Part shown: positions 27,943 through 41,072 of the stretch, in pieces
How the letters are laid out: every line of letters begins with the position of its first letter
How positions within the stretch are numbered: the stretch's first letter is position 1
Origin: Styela clava
Taxonomy: Eukaryota
Assembly (NCBI RefSeq): GCF_964204865.1
Contig: NC_135264.1
Coordinates: 4,650,001-4,714,000, forward strand
Reading direction: 5' to 3'
Length of the DNA: 64,000 nt
Notes under the pieces: model-generated
Told to the model about the DNA's origin: nothing
Database searches by the model: none
The model's input: the letters and a program-made list of their open reading frames with translations, nothing else
Made by a program: the position numbers and the translations under genes

Positions 27943-29418
27943 GGATACCAAATACCACGGAAATCTGCGGACATAAAATGTGTGATAAACTCTACGATTA
28001 TAATTATTTTTTGATTCGTATTTTTGCAAGCTTGCAAAGTCTTCATCGCCTTTTAAAATACTGAGGTTAACTAAAGAATTCCAAAGAATACTTCCTATTA
28101 TAGTATAATGATAAATTGATCGAATATACTTAATATTGGTCAGCTTATATTTATCATAATTCGGGAAAAAATCGGATGCGGTCTAACGGTAATTTAAGAA
28201 TATAGATAAGAAGGTACATCGTGAAAATGATTGACTGTTTCAACTTCAAGGACCATTAAAAATATTTTAAAATTTTTCAATGTGTGTGCCAAAAACACAC
28301 GAAAGTTTACGATTTACAATGTCTAAAAAATTGCGGATGAGGAAATCTATGACCTGGTGATTATTTGAAAACTTGATTAATTTAAAATATAACGATTCCA
28401 TGAAAGATAGTAGAGAATTTTTCAAGTTTAGTAATGAGCGAAAAATTCTATGAAAATCATGACAATGGTGACATAGTTCGTTACAAGCGAGAGTTAATCA
28501 GCTTATACAAATGATATTTATATATCAAAGGACATGTCAAATTCCCGATTAATTTATTTTGTACAGATGCATAAGTAATCTTCAATATTCGTCCGAAAAG
28601 GCTACGATTACAGCCACGGTTAACCAAAGGGTCGCGTGTTTGAATTCGCCACAAAAATAAGATGTTCATATCTTATTTTTTGAATGGGAAGAGCTCCGAA
28701 AGCTCCTATTTCAAAAAGTATAGAAATGCTTTGACAAGAGCCATGCATGAATCTTTTATTACCCAAGGGATGCAAATGAATATTTATAGTTTTTTATTTA
28801 TTTATTGAGCTGTAAAGTTGTCTACTTACCAACGTTGTATACAATGTACATGTGAATGATACTTATGAATGATACAAAGTATACAATGCATTTTGAATTG
28901 ATAACCCACTCCATTGGTAAAGGAGTCATAGGCACAGCGTTCAGAGTCAAGGCAGGCATATACAGAACAAATGAGCTGAAAAATATAAATGTAGTTAGGC
29001 GTTTGAGTGTTCGAAATATTATTTCCTGAGAGCAGTGAGAGAAGAACATTCCTTATTTGGCAACTTATGAAGCGAAGTCCGAAGGTTATACGTTTATAGA
29101 TTTTTAGACAACAATTCAGCACCTTTTTACAGAGCGTCCTAGTAAGACCCTTGAATTGCATAGAATAGTCATTTTCACACTTGCTAAAACATCCTTGCGT
29201 TATGCGCATACGGATCCACCAGCACAGAATTATATAGAGCAAGGGAATGAAGTCAGTCCCACGTAACCCCAACCGTTAGTTCTATTTTTTGATTACCCTT
29301 TGAATATTTTAAAAAGTCATGATTAAATATTTATGTTATCAAAAAAAATCAAATGTTATAACAAGTGTTTGTTTCAAGGTAAAAGAACAATTGTTCTATA
29401 ACACAATTTAACTAAGTT

Positions 29419-31513
29419 ATGACATTATTAAATGATATAACATACAAAGTTATTAACTGCGACAATTTGTGCTCAGTTCGAGCTTTGATCGAAGAACATT
29501 ACACGCCAGATATCGCGCTTGGAAAGTATTTGAAATGTACCAAAGAAGATTTGATACCGACTTATTATACTCTACTAGAGGTTGGCTAATTCAACACCAG
29601 ATTTGGAATAGATATAATATATTTATATATAGGAAAATATGACAAGTCGATTGACTTCTTTGTTTTATTATTAATTGTAGACTGGTAGTTTAATTCAATA
29701 GACATCCTCTCAGATTGAGTCAAAGTTATGTAAATCATATTGCAGAAGTTGTTACAGTCGATATCCCTGTTGTGTAGAAACCCAATTTATAGTTAGGTAT
29801 GAAAATTACTGTGGTGCTAAAATATTGTACAAATATTGCCCAAGCGATTCAGTATTCTTTACATGTATAAATTGTTTTTGTTTTACACGTGGAGCTAGTC
29901 TTAGTAATAATTGATATATTCATATATTTAATTCCAGTCCTTTTTAAGTCGAGGAAATTCAATCGGAGCTTTTTGTGGTAAAGATGATGAGTTGTGTGGA
30001 GTAGCGATTAACGTAAAACCTAACCGTACTGATGAGATGAAATACTTGAAAACGTTTCATTTAAACGAAAGGTATGCAGCTATGTACCGGGTAAGATATA
30101 TCACAAAGTCTAAAAATATACAAAAAATCAAATATGAATTCAATAGAAGTCACGAAATATGTTTTTAAAACAAAAATCAACAAGAATCTCTCCTTTTGTC
30201 TTAAAGTTTATGGATACGACTAAATTAGAATTATGAATGAGTTTCTTTCGTCATGCTATATATTTGCTGGGGAAGTTTCATTACACTGCAGTTTTTTTCA
30301 ACCAAGTAAGTCAATCGTTACGTTTAAAAATACGAATTCGAATATGACAACGATATACCTATTGATGAAGTATCCAATTGAACGTTATTGCAGACCAGGA
30401 TATACTTGACTTGATCTGAGCGGTTTTGAAAAATGGTAATTCTCCGCATAATTGTCGAGAAAAACCTCTTTTCCATAACAGTTAGGATAATTTATATATC
30501 GTTATAACTGAAGGCAATTGTGTACATTCTCTCGTCTGTTTCGATTAGCTCATGGCATCGATTAGCGGTAGTGACATGCCAAATATTCTTGGAACTGACC
30601 GCTACTGGGAAATAAAAATGGTAACTGTGCATCCAAAATACAGAGAAAGAAGTTTGATGACTGAACTTGTTAAAAGGTATGAATATCCAGAAGCATGGTG
30701 GTGAGTTTCTGTTAAAATTAATAAAAACATTGTTGTGACTACGTTGCTAGCACATGCTGAAAGATCTGAATCGATGCTTAAAGAGCTGATGGACACTCTC
30801 AACACACTTTAGTGACGACAAAAAGGCCAACTTATAACAAGATTGTTCATTTGGAACAATAACTGAATTAGCTACAGGACCTAATTTGGTAACGTCGACC
30901 TAACGTGGTTCTTATGAGGTCGACCAAAGACGACGTCGTGTATAATAATAATTCATAGAAAGTTGTCATTCAAATACATAAATTTAGTGTCACTCCCATT
31001 CACATTTTTTATTATTCAATCCTCCATCACTGCCATTGTTGTACATAGTGTCAACTAAAGATAACGAAAGTCAAGGAGTTATCATACCAATAACCACTTC
31101 AACCAAATTTCCTGTTGATTATGGCATTCCAGGAAACAAATAAAAAAAAATTAATATCATTCTCCTAAAAAATTTTGCTTGTTGATGTAATATATATTTT
31201 GTTAAAATAACATTGTTTCGTGCCTAGAAAAATTTATTTCAATAGATTTTGCTTCATATTCGAATCAATTGGAGATTCATTTTATAGGTCTAATATCTTG
31301 GCGAAACAAAGGGGAACAGAAAAACTGGTGATGTTTCAAACATACGACCAAAGCTTGAAGTCTCCGGAAAAAATAGATGGCTTTGAAATTATTAAACAAT
31401 TAGATTTGAGAGAATACGTTGATTCAGTCACGGGAAAGAAAGAGTTTTTAGGAATGAAGCCGCCATACCACTTACAAGTCATTATTGTCAAAAAAGTATG
31501 CTGGAGTATATAA
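29419..31513 (+). CDS. AANAT-like GNAT copy B, 222 aa, altered acetyl-CoA loop; exons 29419-29580, 29938-30090, 30549-30676, 31288-31513
   Basis: Same exon structure with an open frame. Motif A reads HPKYRERSL instead of HPKYRGRGL. The stop TAG has become TGG, extending the C-terminus to KKVCWSI. Confidence 0.8.
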
Positions 31514-31809
31514 AGAGAAATTACGGATGGCAAGCATGGTGTTGAAAATATAAATATCTCAATCTTTAAAAAATGTAGATGCATGAACCAGGATTGTCCA
31601 AAACAACCGAATATTTGAATTTCAAAGAATTCGATTTTCTTATTTAGCTTATTTTAGAATAATTTCCAATATTGGTCCTTTTTCTGCCTCAGCAAAACGA
31701 TTTTCTGTGATTTGTCACGTGTTGCTATGGCGTTGAAATAGAATCGGCCTCGATTATCCGTTATCTTATGTGGGAGCGTGCGACGCATATTGTTACATCT
31801 GTGAACAGT

Positions 31810-32045
31810 TAGGATTTTCATACTTGTACCGGAGGAGAAGAAAACCTTGATCATGTTGTGAACGACTGCTTGTCGTCCGGTTATCAGTCCATGTCCGGTG
31901 TTGGATCAGGTAGGCTTATTTCGTATTCAGATGCGTGGACCTGATGGTGGAGGAACTAACCAGCGGTTACGTAAACCACCCTTACGACGACGAGGAGTCA
32001 AGGAATTCTCTCGCACATTATTATTACCCACGGGATTCGAACCGG
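31810..32045 (-). mobile_element. SINE copy 3' of copy B, at the same position as the one after copy A
   Basis: Aligns by eye with 26444-26659 (ccggaggagaagaaaacc..cgtccggttatc..ttcagatgcgtggac..attcgaacc). Confidence 0.65.
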
Positions 32046-32489
32046 ACCTATGGATCATTAATATGTTGTTGCTGTTGTTCTTGTTTTTGCGTGACTTCTT
32101 ATCGTTGTGAAAAATTGATTGCTTTGAAATTTTCAGTGCTCGGAGATTGATTTTTTTGATAGAAGGCTATTACTTTTATTTATTTCAAATATTTTTGTGG
32201 GCTCCATAAGATTTATTTTTCGTGTGATATGACGTCATAAAAATTTGCCACCTTGTGGCTACTCCGCGCACGCATATCAGCGAGTCTTGTGCGCTGCGCT
32301 ACATCGCCGACTTGGAACAGTTATTATTTGAACTGAATCATGAAGAATGGATCCTTGTCACAGAACTTGGGAAAGCTACGACAGAACCTGTACGTCACAG
32401 GTACCCTGGGTAGTCGAGTTATCTCGAAGGTTTGTCCGTTTAGTCGAGTTGTCCATGTGGTGCAGTCGAGTTGTTCGTCTTCCGTAAGT

Positions 32490-32930
32490 TATCGCATATG
32501 ATTTCCGGGGAATTGATGATTTAGTTTTGCCTCCGAGTCCACATATTTGAGCATAGATCTCTTGTTGCAAGCAATCCTTGATTTTTCTTCATTTGCAGCC
32601 TTGAGCTCACCAATTGTTTGAGAACTTTTTTGATACACACATTGTCCTTCGAATTCTCCCACAGAAAAAAATCTGGGAGTTTCAAGTATACTGAAAATGT
32701 TGCACACGCAAGCAACATCACTGCTGATCATCTTTTTCTGAAATCGCCCTCTCAGCTATTCTAGGGTATATTTTGATGTTTAGAGGTTCGTCTCGACTTG
32801 CTGGAACCTCTGGCCACTTCGATCAATCCTTCTACATCGTTTACTAGATGTCCAGAACTTCTTTGTAATACTTTCTTCGGAGATGATGGGCTGCATTAAT
32901 CATTGTTTTTATTGTTGACATGACCGCAAA
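32490..32930 (-). mobile_element. Decayed Tc1/mariner-family transposase C-terminal fragment
   Basis: Frameshifted minus-strand pieces PDFFLWENSKDNV and VYQKSSQTIGELKAANEE..GNH match the DFFLWGxLKxxVY..T..ELK pattern. Confidence 0.55.
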
Positions 32931-33384
32931 AAAGTGCGCTTCAGCAGAAAATTACGTGAGTGATCTTCGCAACTGATGCAAGTTGGTCTCCAATGTTAAG
33001 AAGGTTAGTTGGAACATATAATAGAGAAAACATAATTTTTTTTACAAAGCGTTCTAGATTTCTCCAAAACTTTCGGGTACAAAAAGGAGTTCAATTTAAT
33101 TTTTGTAAAAGTAAGTAATTAAGAAATTTTATGGGTTCTGTTTTTTGGTTACCCTTAAAACATAATCAATTTATTGGGGGGTCCATTATACTAGAAGGTT
33201 GATAACTACCGATTTATGCTATTTATCCATGTCCTAGCTAGAATATAAGTCCATGAGTTAAGCATTGAAAAGAGTATTTGATGAAAGAGAATCAACATCT
33301 TCTGTAGAAAATATGGCATTTTTCTTAAATATGTTTTTGGATTCCGTAACCGCCGTGACAGACGAGTGGGTGGCTCCAAAATGT

Positions 33385-33460
33385 CCTGTCCCACTTGTTC
33401 CACATGTCCCACATACCCCACTTGTACCACGTGTCTCACTTGTTCCACGTGTCCCACACA
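33385..33460. repeat. 9-bp-period tandem repeat (ccacttgtt / ccacrtgtc)
   Basis: Translates as PLV PHV PHT PLV PRV SLV PRV PHT. Absent from the homologous segment near 47110. Confidence 0.7.
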
Positions 33461-33791
33461 CGACATTTTGGAGACACCGCAGACGAGGCACTAATCCACG
33501 GAGAAAAAAGATGAATTTGTGAAGGTGCTATTTGTGAGTCAACTCACCCTTGGGAAAAAATTGATTGGAAAAATTTGGCTTGCTGATTATTTGTAAAACT
33601 GGATCAATCTAAAATAGAAATGCTCCAATGCAAGATAGTGGAGAAATTTGGTAATTGGCGAAAAAGTGATAATGGTGACATAGTTTATCAAAAGCGAGAA
33701 TAGCCTATTCGAGAAAATGAAGAGCTGCAGCAAAAGTTATTGGTGCTGATGGATTGGTATATTGTTGGCATGGTGAACTGGTAGTACAGAC

Positions 33792-34297
33792 CAGCGTTTC
33801 CCAAACTTTTTCGGCCACGAAACACACTTTTTATCTCGCCTCGCGGAACACCAAAAAATGAAAGGATAAAATTAATAAAGAAGAACGGTGTAATGTAGCT
33901 GTTCCCAATGAATTCGCCGTGGCGAATTCCCGAAGGCACCGCGAAAACTAACAGAATTGTGTTAAACATACATAAAATATGGTTGAATATTTTACATATT
34001 GCATTTATTATCAATGTTTTATTGTTTCTTAATTTAAATGCTGTGTATATGAGTCAATGAATTTATGTTACCTTTCTATGTCGTTTACTTTCCATTACGT
34101 AGTGTTTACCTCTAATGTTACGTCTGATGGAGATACCTGCTGTAATTTCGTGAGCTGCAGACGCAATATTGAACGGTCAGTTGGGCGACAACTTCACGTT
34201 CCATAGATCTCCATGTCGACCAGTTTAGACGTATTTTTGATTCCTTTTCCACGGAACACTTCGAAGATGTTCGCGGAACACAGTTTGGGAAACGCTG
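33792..34297. mobile_element. hAT-type MITE
   Basis: TIRs CAGCGTTTCCCAAACT / AGTTTGGGAAACGCTG with 8-bp TSD GTACAGAC on both sides. Confidence 0.9.
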
Positions 34298-36182
34298 GTA
34301 CAGACTAATGAACAGCATGATGAGCAGATAACTGATAAACTGAAGAGATGATTACGAGCGTAGTTCTAAACAAACTTATAGAAGAAGCGAATCATCAGAA
34401 TAAAGCGACGAAGTTTCGGATTCACTTGCTGTAGCGAAAGGTAAAACGATAACTGGTGAAAAGAAAGCTGCAAAAGATGTCTGAGAATAATCAGTGAGGT
34501 CATCAGTTACAGTTGTTGGAACATTCCACATTGAGCATTAAAACCCGATTGGATCGGGGTCCTTATAATCAGGTAGACAACTGACCCTAGGTCAGGGTGG
34601 TTCAAGGTTGTCGGCATCGCGGGCCACACTATAATATTTGTATTGTTCGCGGGCCAGAATATTGCCAAGAATAGATAAACAGTGCAATACAAAACAAACA
34701 TTTCTATTGTCACTCCAAACACATTGGCGCTTTTTGATCTCTCGGTTCCAGCTGCTGCAGCGAGAATTCCTGAACGTGGTCAAATTGTCGAGTTCAAGGT
34801 TGATGTAACTCGCGAAAAGGAAGTTGCAAAAGATGTCTGGGAATAATCAGTGAGGTCATCATTACAGTAGACAGATCGTGACTTGCCTATCAATTGTGTC
34901 AGCGCTGATCGATATTGGCACTGAGTGGTCTCCTCTGTCGCATGTACTTGCTTTGAATTGTTTTTATGTTGTGTCTGTTATGTTGTGTGAGACTTCCTTG
35001 AGCATGGTTGTAAGTATTGGCTCAGTTCGTATTCATAGTTTTGAGAGCAATTTATAGAATTTTAATTACGTTCAGAAATTCAGATCAAAACTCAATGGTC
35101 ATTTCATCCGGTCGAGTTTTATTTCAGTTAGTCCTGAAAAAATGCGATTGACAAAAGTACATACATATCTGTGTTTCAAAATGATAAACGGTAAGGTATT
35201 TAAATCAAACTAGCGGTTATAAGATGTAAGTAAGTTTTTAGAAAGAACTCACGAAATGTATAGATAGATTTGAAGAGGATAACTGCCATGCGGTGACTTC
35301 AATATACCATGTAAGTGCAAGCTGATCAATAAAGTCAATTTTTTTTAATAAATATTCATCCTATAATAACATTGTGAATTTGCGCAAACTATATCAACTG
35401 ATTGATAAAACGAATGTTTTCGATTTAGGAAATATGTTATTTAAATTAAACTTCAATTTTACGTTTTTGTTTGTTTGTGTGAACTATGAATTTTGAACTG
35501 AAGAGTTCAATTAAGAGTATTTAATGTTACAAAATTATTCGAGGTAGACAGATTGAGATAATTGCATCTACGGTAAGTATCTAATTTATATCATTGGGAC
35601 CAGCGGTTCCCAAAGTTTTAAAAACAATATGTAAAACATTAAGTACGTTTCAGTATGGTTTAATGCTTGTCATAAGGACAAACCTCCAGAGTAATAACTG
35701 CGTTTCAGTCAGGGAAAAAAGTACACAACATTATTTTGTTCCTTAATTTTGTATTTGAGTAAATGCTGTACATTTTAAGAAAAATCAGCTATGTGAAACG
35801 GAATTCATGGTCAAAACAGCTCACAACAATATTCAATCATTCAATACAGTTGCTTGGCAATTCTCATCGTAATTTTTGTATTGGGTATTGAGTTAGATGG
35901 CTCAGCCTCAAATTCAAAAAGTATGTGTTATATAATGAAGAGCAGTTTATGCGTGTAAGCGTGTTCGCGAAAGCAATGATCGAATATATGGAAACAAAGG
36001 TCCAAGAACTAGTACCGTTATTCTATGCAACCCACGTGGAAATGTATCTGAGCATTGAGTTCGCAACATATGTCAGATAGCTATGATTCAATATGTATGT
36101 TATTCAAAGAAATCGAATGTTATAACAAATGTTTGTTTTAAGGTAACAGAACAATTGTTTTACAATACAATTTAACTAAGGT

Positions 36183-39100
36183 ATGACATTATTAAATGAT
36201 ATAACATACAAAGTTATTGACTGCGGCAAATTTTGCTCAGTTCGAGCTTTGATCGAAGAACATTACACGCAAGATATCGCTCTGGGGAAGTATTTGAAAT
36301 GTACTAAAGAAGATTTGATACCGACATATTATACTCTACTAGAGGTGGGCTTATTTCATCATCAGATTTTGAATACATTATATCAGGGTGGTCCAAGTTT
36401 GCGAGGTTGGGCCGCAAAAACTTTTGAGGAGGTTTTGCGGGAAACAGTCGGAGAAAACCCAAGAGGGATCAAAACATCGCGAATTTAACAACTTTAAATA
36501 TATTTATCAAGCATGAGAAATATTTTTGAAGCAAATTTGATTCTATAGGACTTTTTAAGATTTTTGGCGTTCACCGTTTGCAAAACGTTGACTTCGTTTG
36601 CGAGACTCGAAGTTTTAGAAGTCAACCCTGCCGAATTCGCACGGAAATTAGTATGCCCCGTTGATGACATAGAAGTGAGAACTCGTCGGTGGGTGTAATT
36701 TTGCCATAGATCAAAGTCGATAATAGCGATCCGTGTATTAATTTTGAACCGTATGCTAGTTCTATTGGGCGGTGTATTTGGAAAACGCTTTAATAGTTTA
36801 AGTACATACCAATATCTTCAAAATATTATTGCATTACAGCAATAATATTGATATTACAGTCAACAAATCGAGGTCAAGAGGTACTCGAGTTCTGTGCTGG
36901 ACCTTTTGCTGCAACATATTTCCCAGTAAAATAACGCAAACCAGGCTATTTTTTGTCTCAAATCATCTAGATTTTATAATTTATGTAAGTTTATTCTGCT
37001 TTTCTGATCCTGTAATTAGTCCTCTTGTTATATTGTCGATATATATAAACGTTGTCAGAATTAGCATACCGGTATATGTACTCTAAAAAAGACCTCTAAT
37101 TTGAAAGATCGTTTTAGCCTCAATATTATGTTAGAATAAATGCAAACTCCTGCTCATAACTCGAAACAACAATACCAAATACAACCAACACAACACAACC
37201 AAATACTCCAAACAAAACGACAATCATACAATAAAGCGACAAGTACCAGCCAGGCAATGCAAGAAAACATAATATACACAATAAAAACACTTTGAACAGT
37301 ACTGATGATAGATATTTCTCTGACAACAACCAAAAATACAACGCTAAAATAACTGCAATGGCACTGCACTGAAACAATAATATCAGCTTACTGTCTAGCA
37401 TAAAAACATCCAACAAATTCCCCCCGCAATCACAAAACCACAAACAAACATCCCTGATAACCCACCGGAGACCAGAGGCACTCCCATATACACTCATGAC
37501 CAGAATCTAACCGAAAACCAACCACACTGTACCGGTACCAACCGCATCACACTAAACCACACGCTAACAGCCACACCAAAAAGAACAGAACCGACAGTGT
37601 CACAGCGCCCCCAGTGTCCCTAAAGCCGAAATATCAAATAAGGCAATAATATCAAATGACAGCATTTAACAGATAAAACAAGGGTCGTCACACAAGTTTT
37701 CATCATATGCAATTCAAACGTTTTCTCACGAATCTCCCTTGGTTGATCTATAACAGCTGAGCTGTGTTGTTACAGGAGTGTAAACTGGAAAAATTAAAGT
37801 ATACAAATAAAATTGATAGAACTGGCATAAAGAAATTAGAATATTATCACCAGACAGATTAGTAACGTTCAGCATGCAACAGAAATAATGTGAAATGAAT
37901 AAAAAACTAAATCCTTTCTGGTTATTTTATGTTTACCTGGTAGACTTTCACTCTCTAGGTAAATGTATCAATTTGTACTGTTCAGACACTCAAGTTGCAA
38001 TTTAAACCATGTGCAAAATTGGTTTATATAACAGTTTAACTTGCTAGCAATATACATTAACTGATTATCACGTCATACAGCCGAAAAACGGAGTAAAGTG
38101 GTTAAAACTTACTCTAGAATCAGTTTTCCAAGGCCCATTGACGGCCATTCAGTTCCACTACGTTCACTACATAAAACGCCATTACTTTATCTACTTTCAG
38201 TCAGAGCTTTATATACATCAGCATTTCTGTTTTTTTGTTACATTATTGTTTCACTTTTTATGAAACTACGCAATGAGAAACTAATATTAAACGCCAAAAC
38301 AGAGGTTAAACAATCTACTCGCGAAAGCACGATGAGAGCAAGTTCTGGAATGAGTTCTCACTACTTCGTCATTTCCAAAAAGCTGTCGACTTTCGTTCAA
38401 GCGGTTTTTAAAAATTCATAAGTACGAAACTAAGTCAAAAGTTCTGAAAATATATAAAGATTCGAATTCCTCAAAAACATTTTCCATGGGGCTTAATTAA
38501 CATAAAAAAATATTGCCCGAGCGATAAACGATTCAGTATTTTTTACATGTATATTTATTTTTGTTTCTTGTTTTACACAAAAAGCTATTTCTAGTAATTA
38601 TTGATATATTCATATTCATTTCCAGCCTTTTTTAAGTCGAGGAAATTCAATCGGAGCTTTTTATGGTAAAGATGATGAATTATGTGGAGTAACTATCAAT
38701 GTGAAACCCAATCGTACTGATAAGATGAAATACTTGAACTCGCTTCATTTAAGCGAAAAGGACGCGACTATGTACCGGGTAAGATATATCACAAAGTCTA
38801 AAAATATACAAAAAATCAGATATGAATTCAATAATAGTCACGAAATATGTTTTTGAAAGATAAATCAACTAGAATCAAATCTCTTTTTGTCACAAAGATT
38901 ATGCATACGACTATATTGGAATTATGAATGAGTTTCTTGGTCATGGTATATATTTGCTGGGGAAGTTTCATTACACTGCAGTTTTTTTTTCAACCCAATC
39001 CAATCGTTTCACGAAATTAAGACCGCAACCAAGTAAGTCAATCGTTGCGATTACAAATACGAATTCAAATATGACAACGATATACTTATCGGAGACGTAT

Positions 39101-40601
39101 TTAATTAAAAGCCATTGCTGACCAGGATATACTTGACTTGACCTGAGCGGTTTTGAAAAATGTTAATTTTTTACAGAATTGTCGAGAAAAACCTCTTCTC
39201 CATAACAGTTAAAATAATTTATATATCGTTATAACTGAAAGCAATTGTGTACATTCTCTCGTCTTTTTCGATTAGCTCATGGCATCGATTAGCGGTAATG
39301 ACATGACAAATATTCTTGAAACTGACCACTACTGGGAAATGAAAATGATAACTGTGCATCCAAAATACAGAGGAAGAGGTTTGATGACTGAACTTGTCAA
39401 AAGGTATGAATATTCAGATGCATGGTGGTGACTTCCAGTAAAAGTTACTAGAAACATTGTTGTAGCTACATTGCTAGAACCAGCTGGCCGACGCCGACGT
39501 TATTGCCGACGCTATGTGAAGCAATTCTCGGAGAACAAAATACACGGTCGATACAATTTAATGGGAACAAATATAGGCCATTTTATTGTTTTCAATTTCA
39601 GCTTACAAGCTCGTTCGACTGGAGCAATACCTGGATTAGCTATTACCATATGGGATCAAATTTGATAATACTAATCGACATCAAACTATTATAAATATTA
39701 TATTCTAATATTTTGATATTAGTCATGGTTCGTATGAAAATCGACCAAAGATGACTTCATGTATGTTAATAATTTATCAATTACAAAAAACGAGAATATC
39801 GGTCAGAGACCGAAGATTTAACGATCGAAAGTTAGGGGATCCCCCAAAACAGCGCTCTTACTTCATAGTGACACCTTGCGTCCCATCACTAATTAATTAA
39901 TAACTCGCTAATTATACAACATAATTCGCCCAAAATCAATAGGCTTCTGGTCCGAGATAAGATGAATGCACATGCAAAATCTGGAGCAGATTCAATCTCG
40001 CTTTCGTGAGATATCGCGTGAATCTAACAGACAAATACCTAACAACATACTTACCGATTAAAATCGATAAGTAATTAGTGTCACTCTGATTTAGCTTTTT
40101 ATTATTTACGCTTTCATCACTGCCTTTGTTGTGCATGGTGCCAAGTAAAGATAAAGAACGGCAACAATTTATCGTAATCTTACTATTTTAACCAAATTGC
40201 ATGTTGATTATGGCATTCCAGGAAACAAATCACGAGAAATTTATAATGAATCTTATTTTCTTGGATAATCTTGCCCATTCATGTAACATATATTTTGTTA
40301 ACCTAACATCGTTTTGGGCCTAGATAAAATAATTCAATATATTTTGCATCATATGCAAGTCAACTGAAAACTCATTTTGTTAAGGTCCACAATCTCGGCC
40401 AAACAAAGGGGAATAGAAAAACTGGTGATGTTTCAAACATACGACCAAAGCTTGAAGTCTCCGGAAAAAATGGATGGCTTTGAAATAATTAAACAGTTGG
40501 ATTTGAGAGAATACGTTGATTCAGTAACGGGAAAGAAAGAGTTTTCAGGAATGAAGCCGCCATACCACTTACAAGTCATTATTGTCAAAAAAGTATGCTA
40601 G
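36183..40601 (+). CDS. AANAT-like GNAT copy C, 219 aa; exons 36183-36344, 38626-38778, 39276-39403, 40385-40601
   Basis: Same exon lengths, GT-AG introns and an open frame. Motif A is ITVHPKYRGRGL. Intron 1 is enlarged to ~2.3 kb by insertions. Confidence 0.85.
39790..40072. mobile_element. Non-autonomous Helentron/DINE-1-like element in intron 3 of copy C
   Basis: Absent at the homologous site of copy D (caattacaataaattagtgtc, ~45781). Palindrome TCGGTCagaGACCGA at one end and ttaccgattaaaatcgataagtaa at the other. No long TSD. Confidence 0.6.
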
Positions 40602-40765
40602 AGTATATAAAGAGAAGTTACGGATGGCAAACATGGTGTTGAACATACAAATTTGTCTTACTGTGCGCAATCACCATGTAAAGCCTTACCTGTAAATGCT
40701 AATACCGTTTCGATCACTACCCGCTTTGGAGTTTTTTACGCTTTTGAAGCACTAATTATGCAAAT

Positions 40766-41072
40766 GAGAATATCGGTCAGAGACCGAAGACTTATCGATC
40801 GAAAGTTAGGGGATCCCCCAAAACAGCGTTCTTACTCCATAGTGACACCTTGTGTCCCATCACTAATTAATTAATAACTCGCTAATTATACGACATAATT
40901 CGCCCAAAATCAATAGGCTACTGGTACGAGATATGATGAATGCACATGCAAAATCTGCAGCAGATCCAATCTCACTTTCGTGAGATATCGCGTGCATCTA
41001 ACAGACAAACAGACAGACAGACAAACAGACAAATACCTATCAACATATTTACCGATTAAAATCGATTAGTAA
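40766..41072. mobile_element. Second copy of the Helentron/DINE-1-like element with an expanded (ACAG)n tract
   Basis: Direct repeat of 39790-40072 with an acagacaaacagacagacag microsatellite. CTTATCGAT near the left end is inverted relative to the ATCGAT(A/T)AG right-end motif. Confidence 0.6.

Noticed and set aside
28826-29272. 148-aa minus-strand ORF in the duplicated upstream block
   Set aside because: It has no recognisable motif, and the frame is not preserved in the paralogous blocks near 22.7 kb and 43.4 kb.
32400-32480. Short spaced repeats (agtcgagtt x3) superficially like a CRISPR array
   Set aside because: They are too short and too few, in a eukaryotic context with no cas genes. 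They are probably TE subterminal repeats.
33206-33522. Repetitive ORFs (GHVEQV / GTRGTS / PLVPHV)
   Set aside because: These are translations of a 9-bp tandem repeat within decayed repeat sequence.
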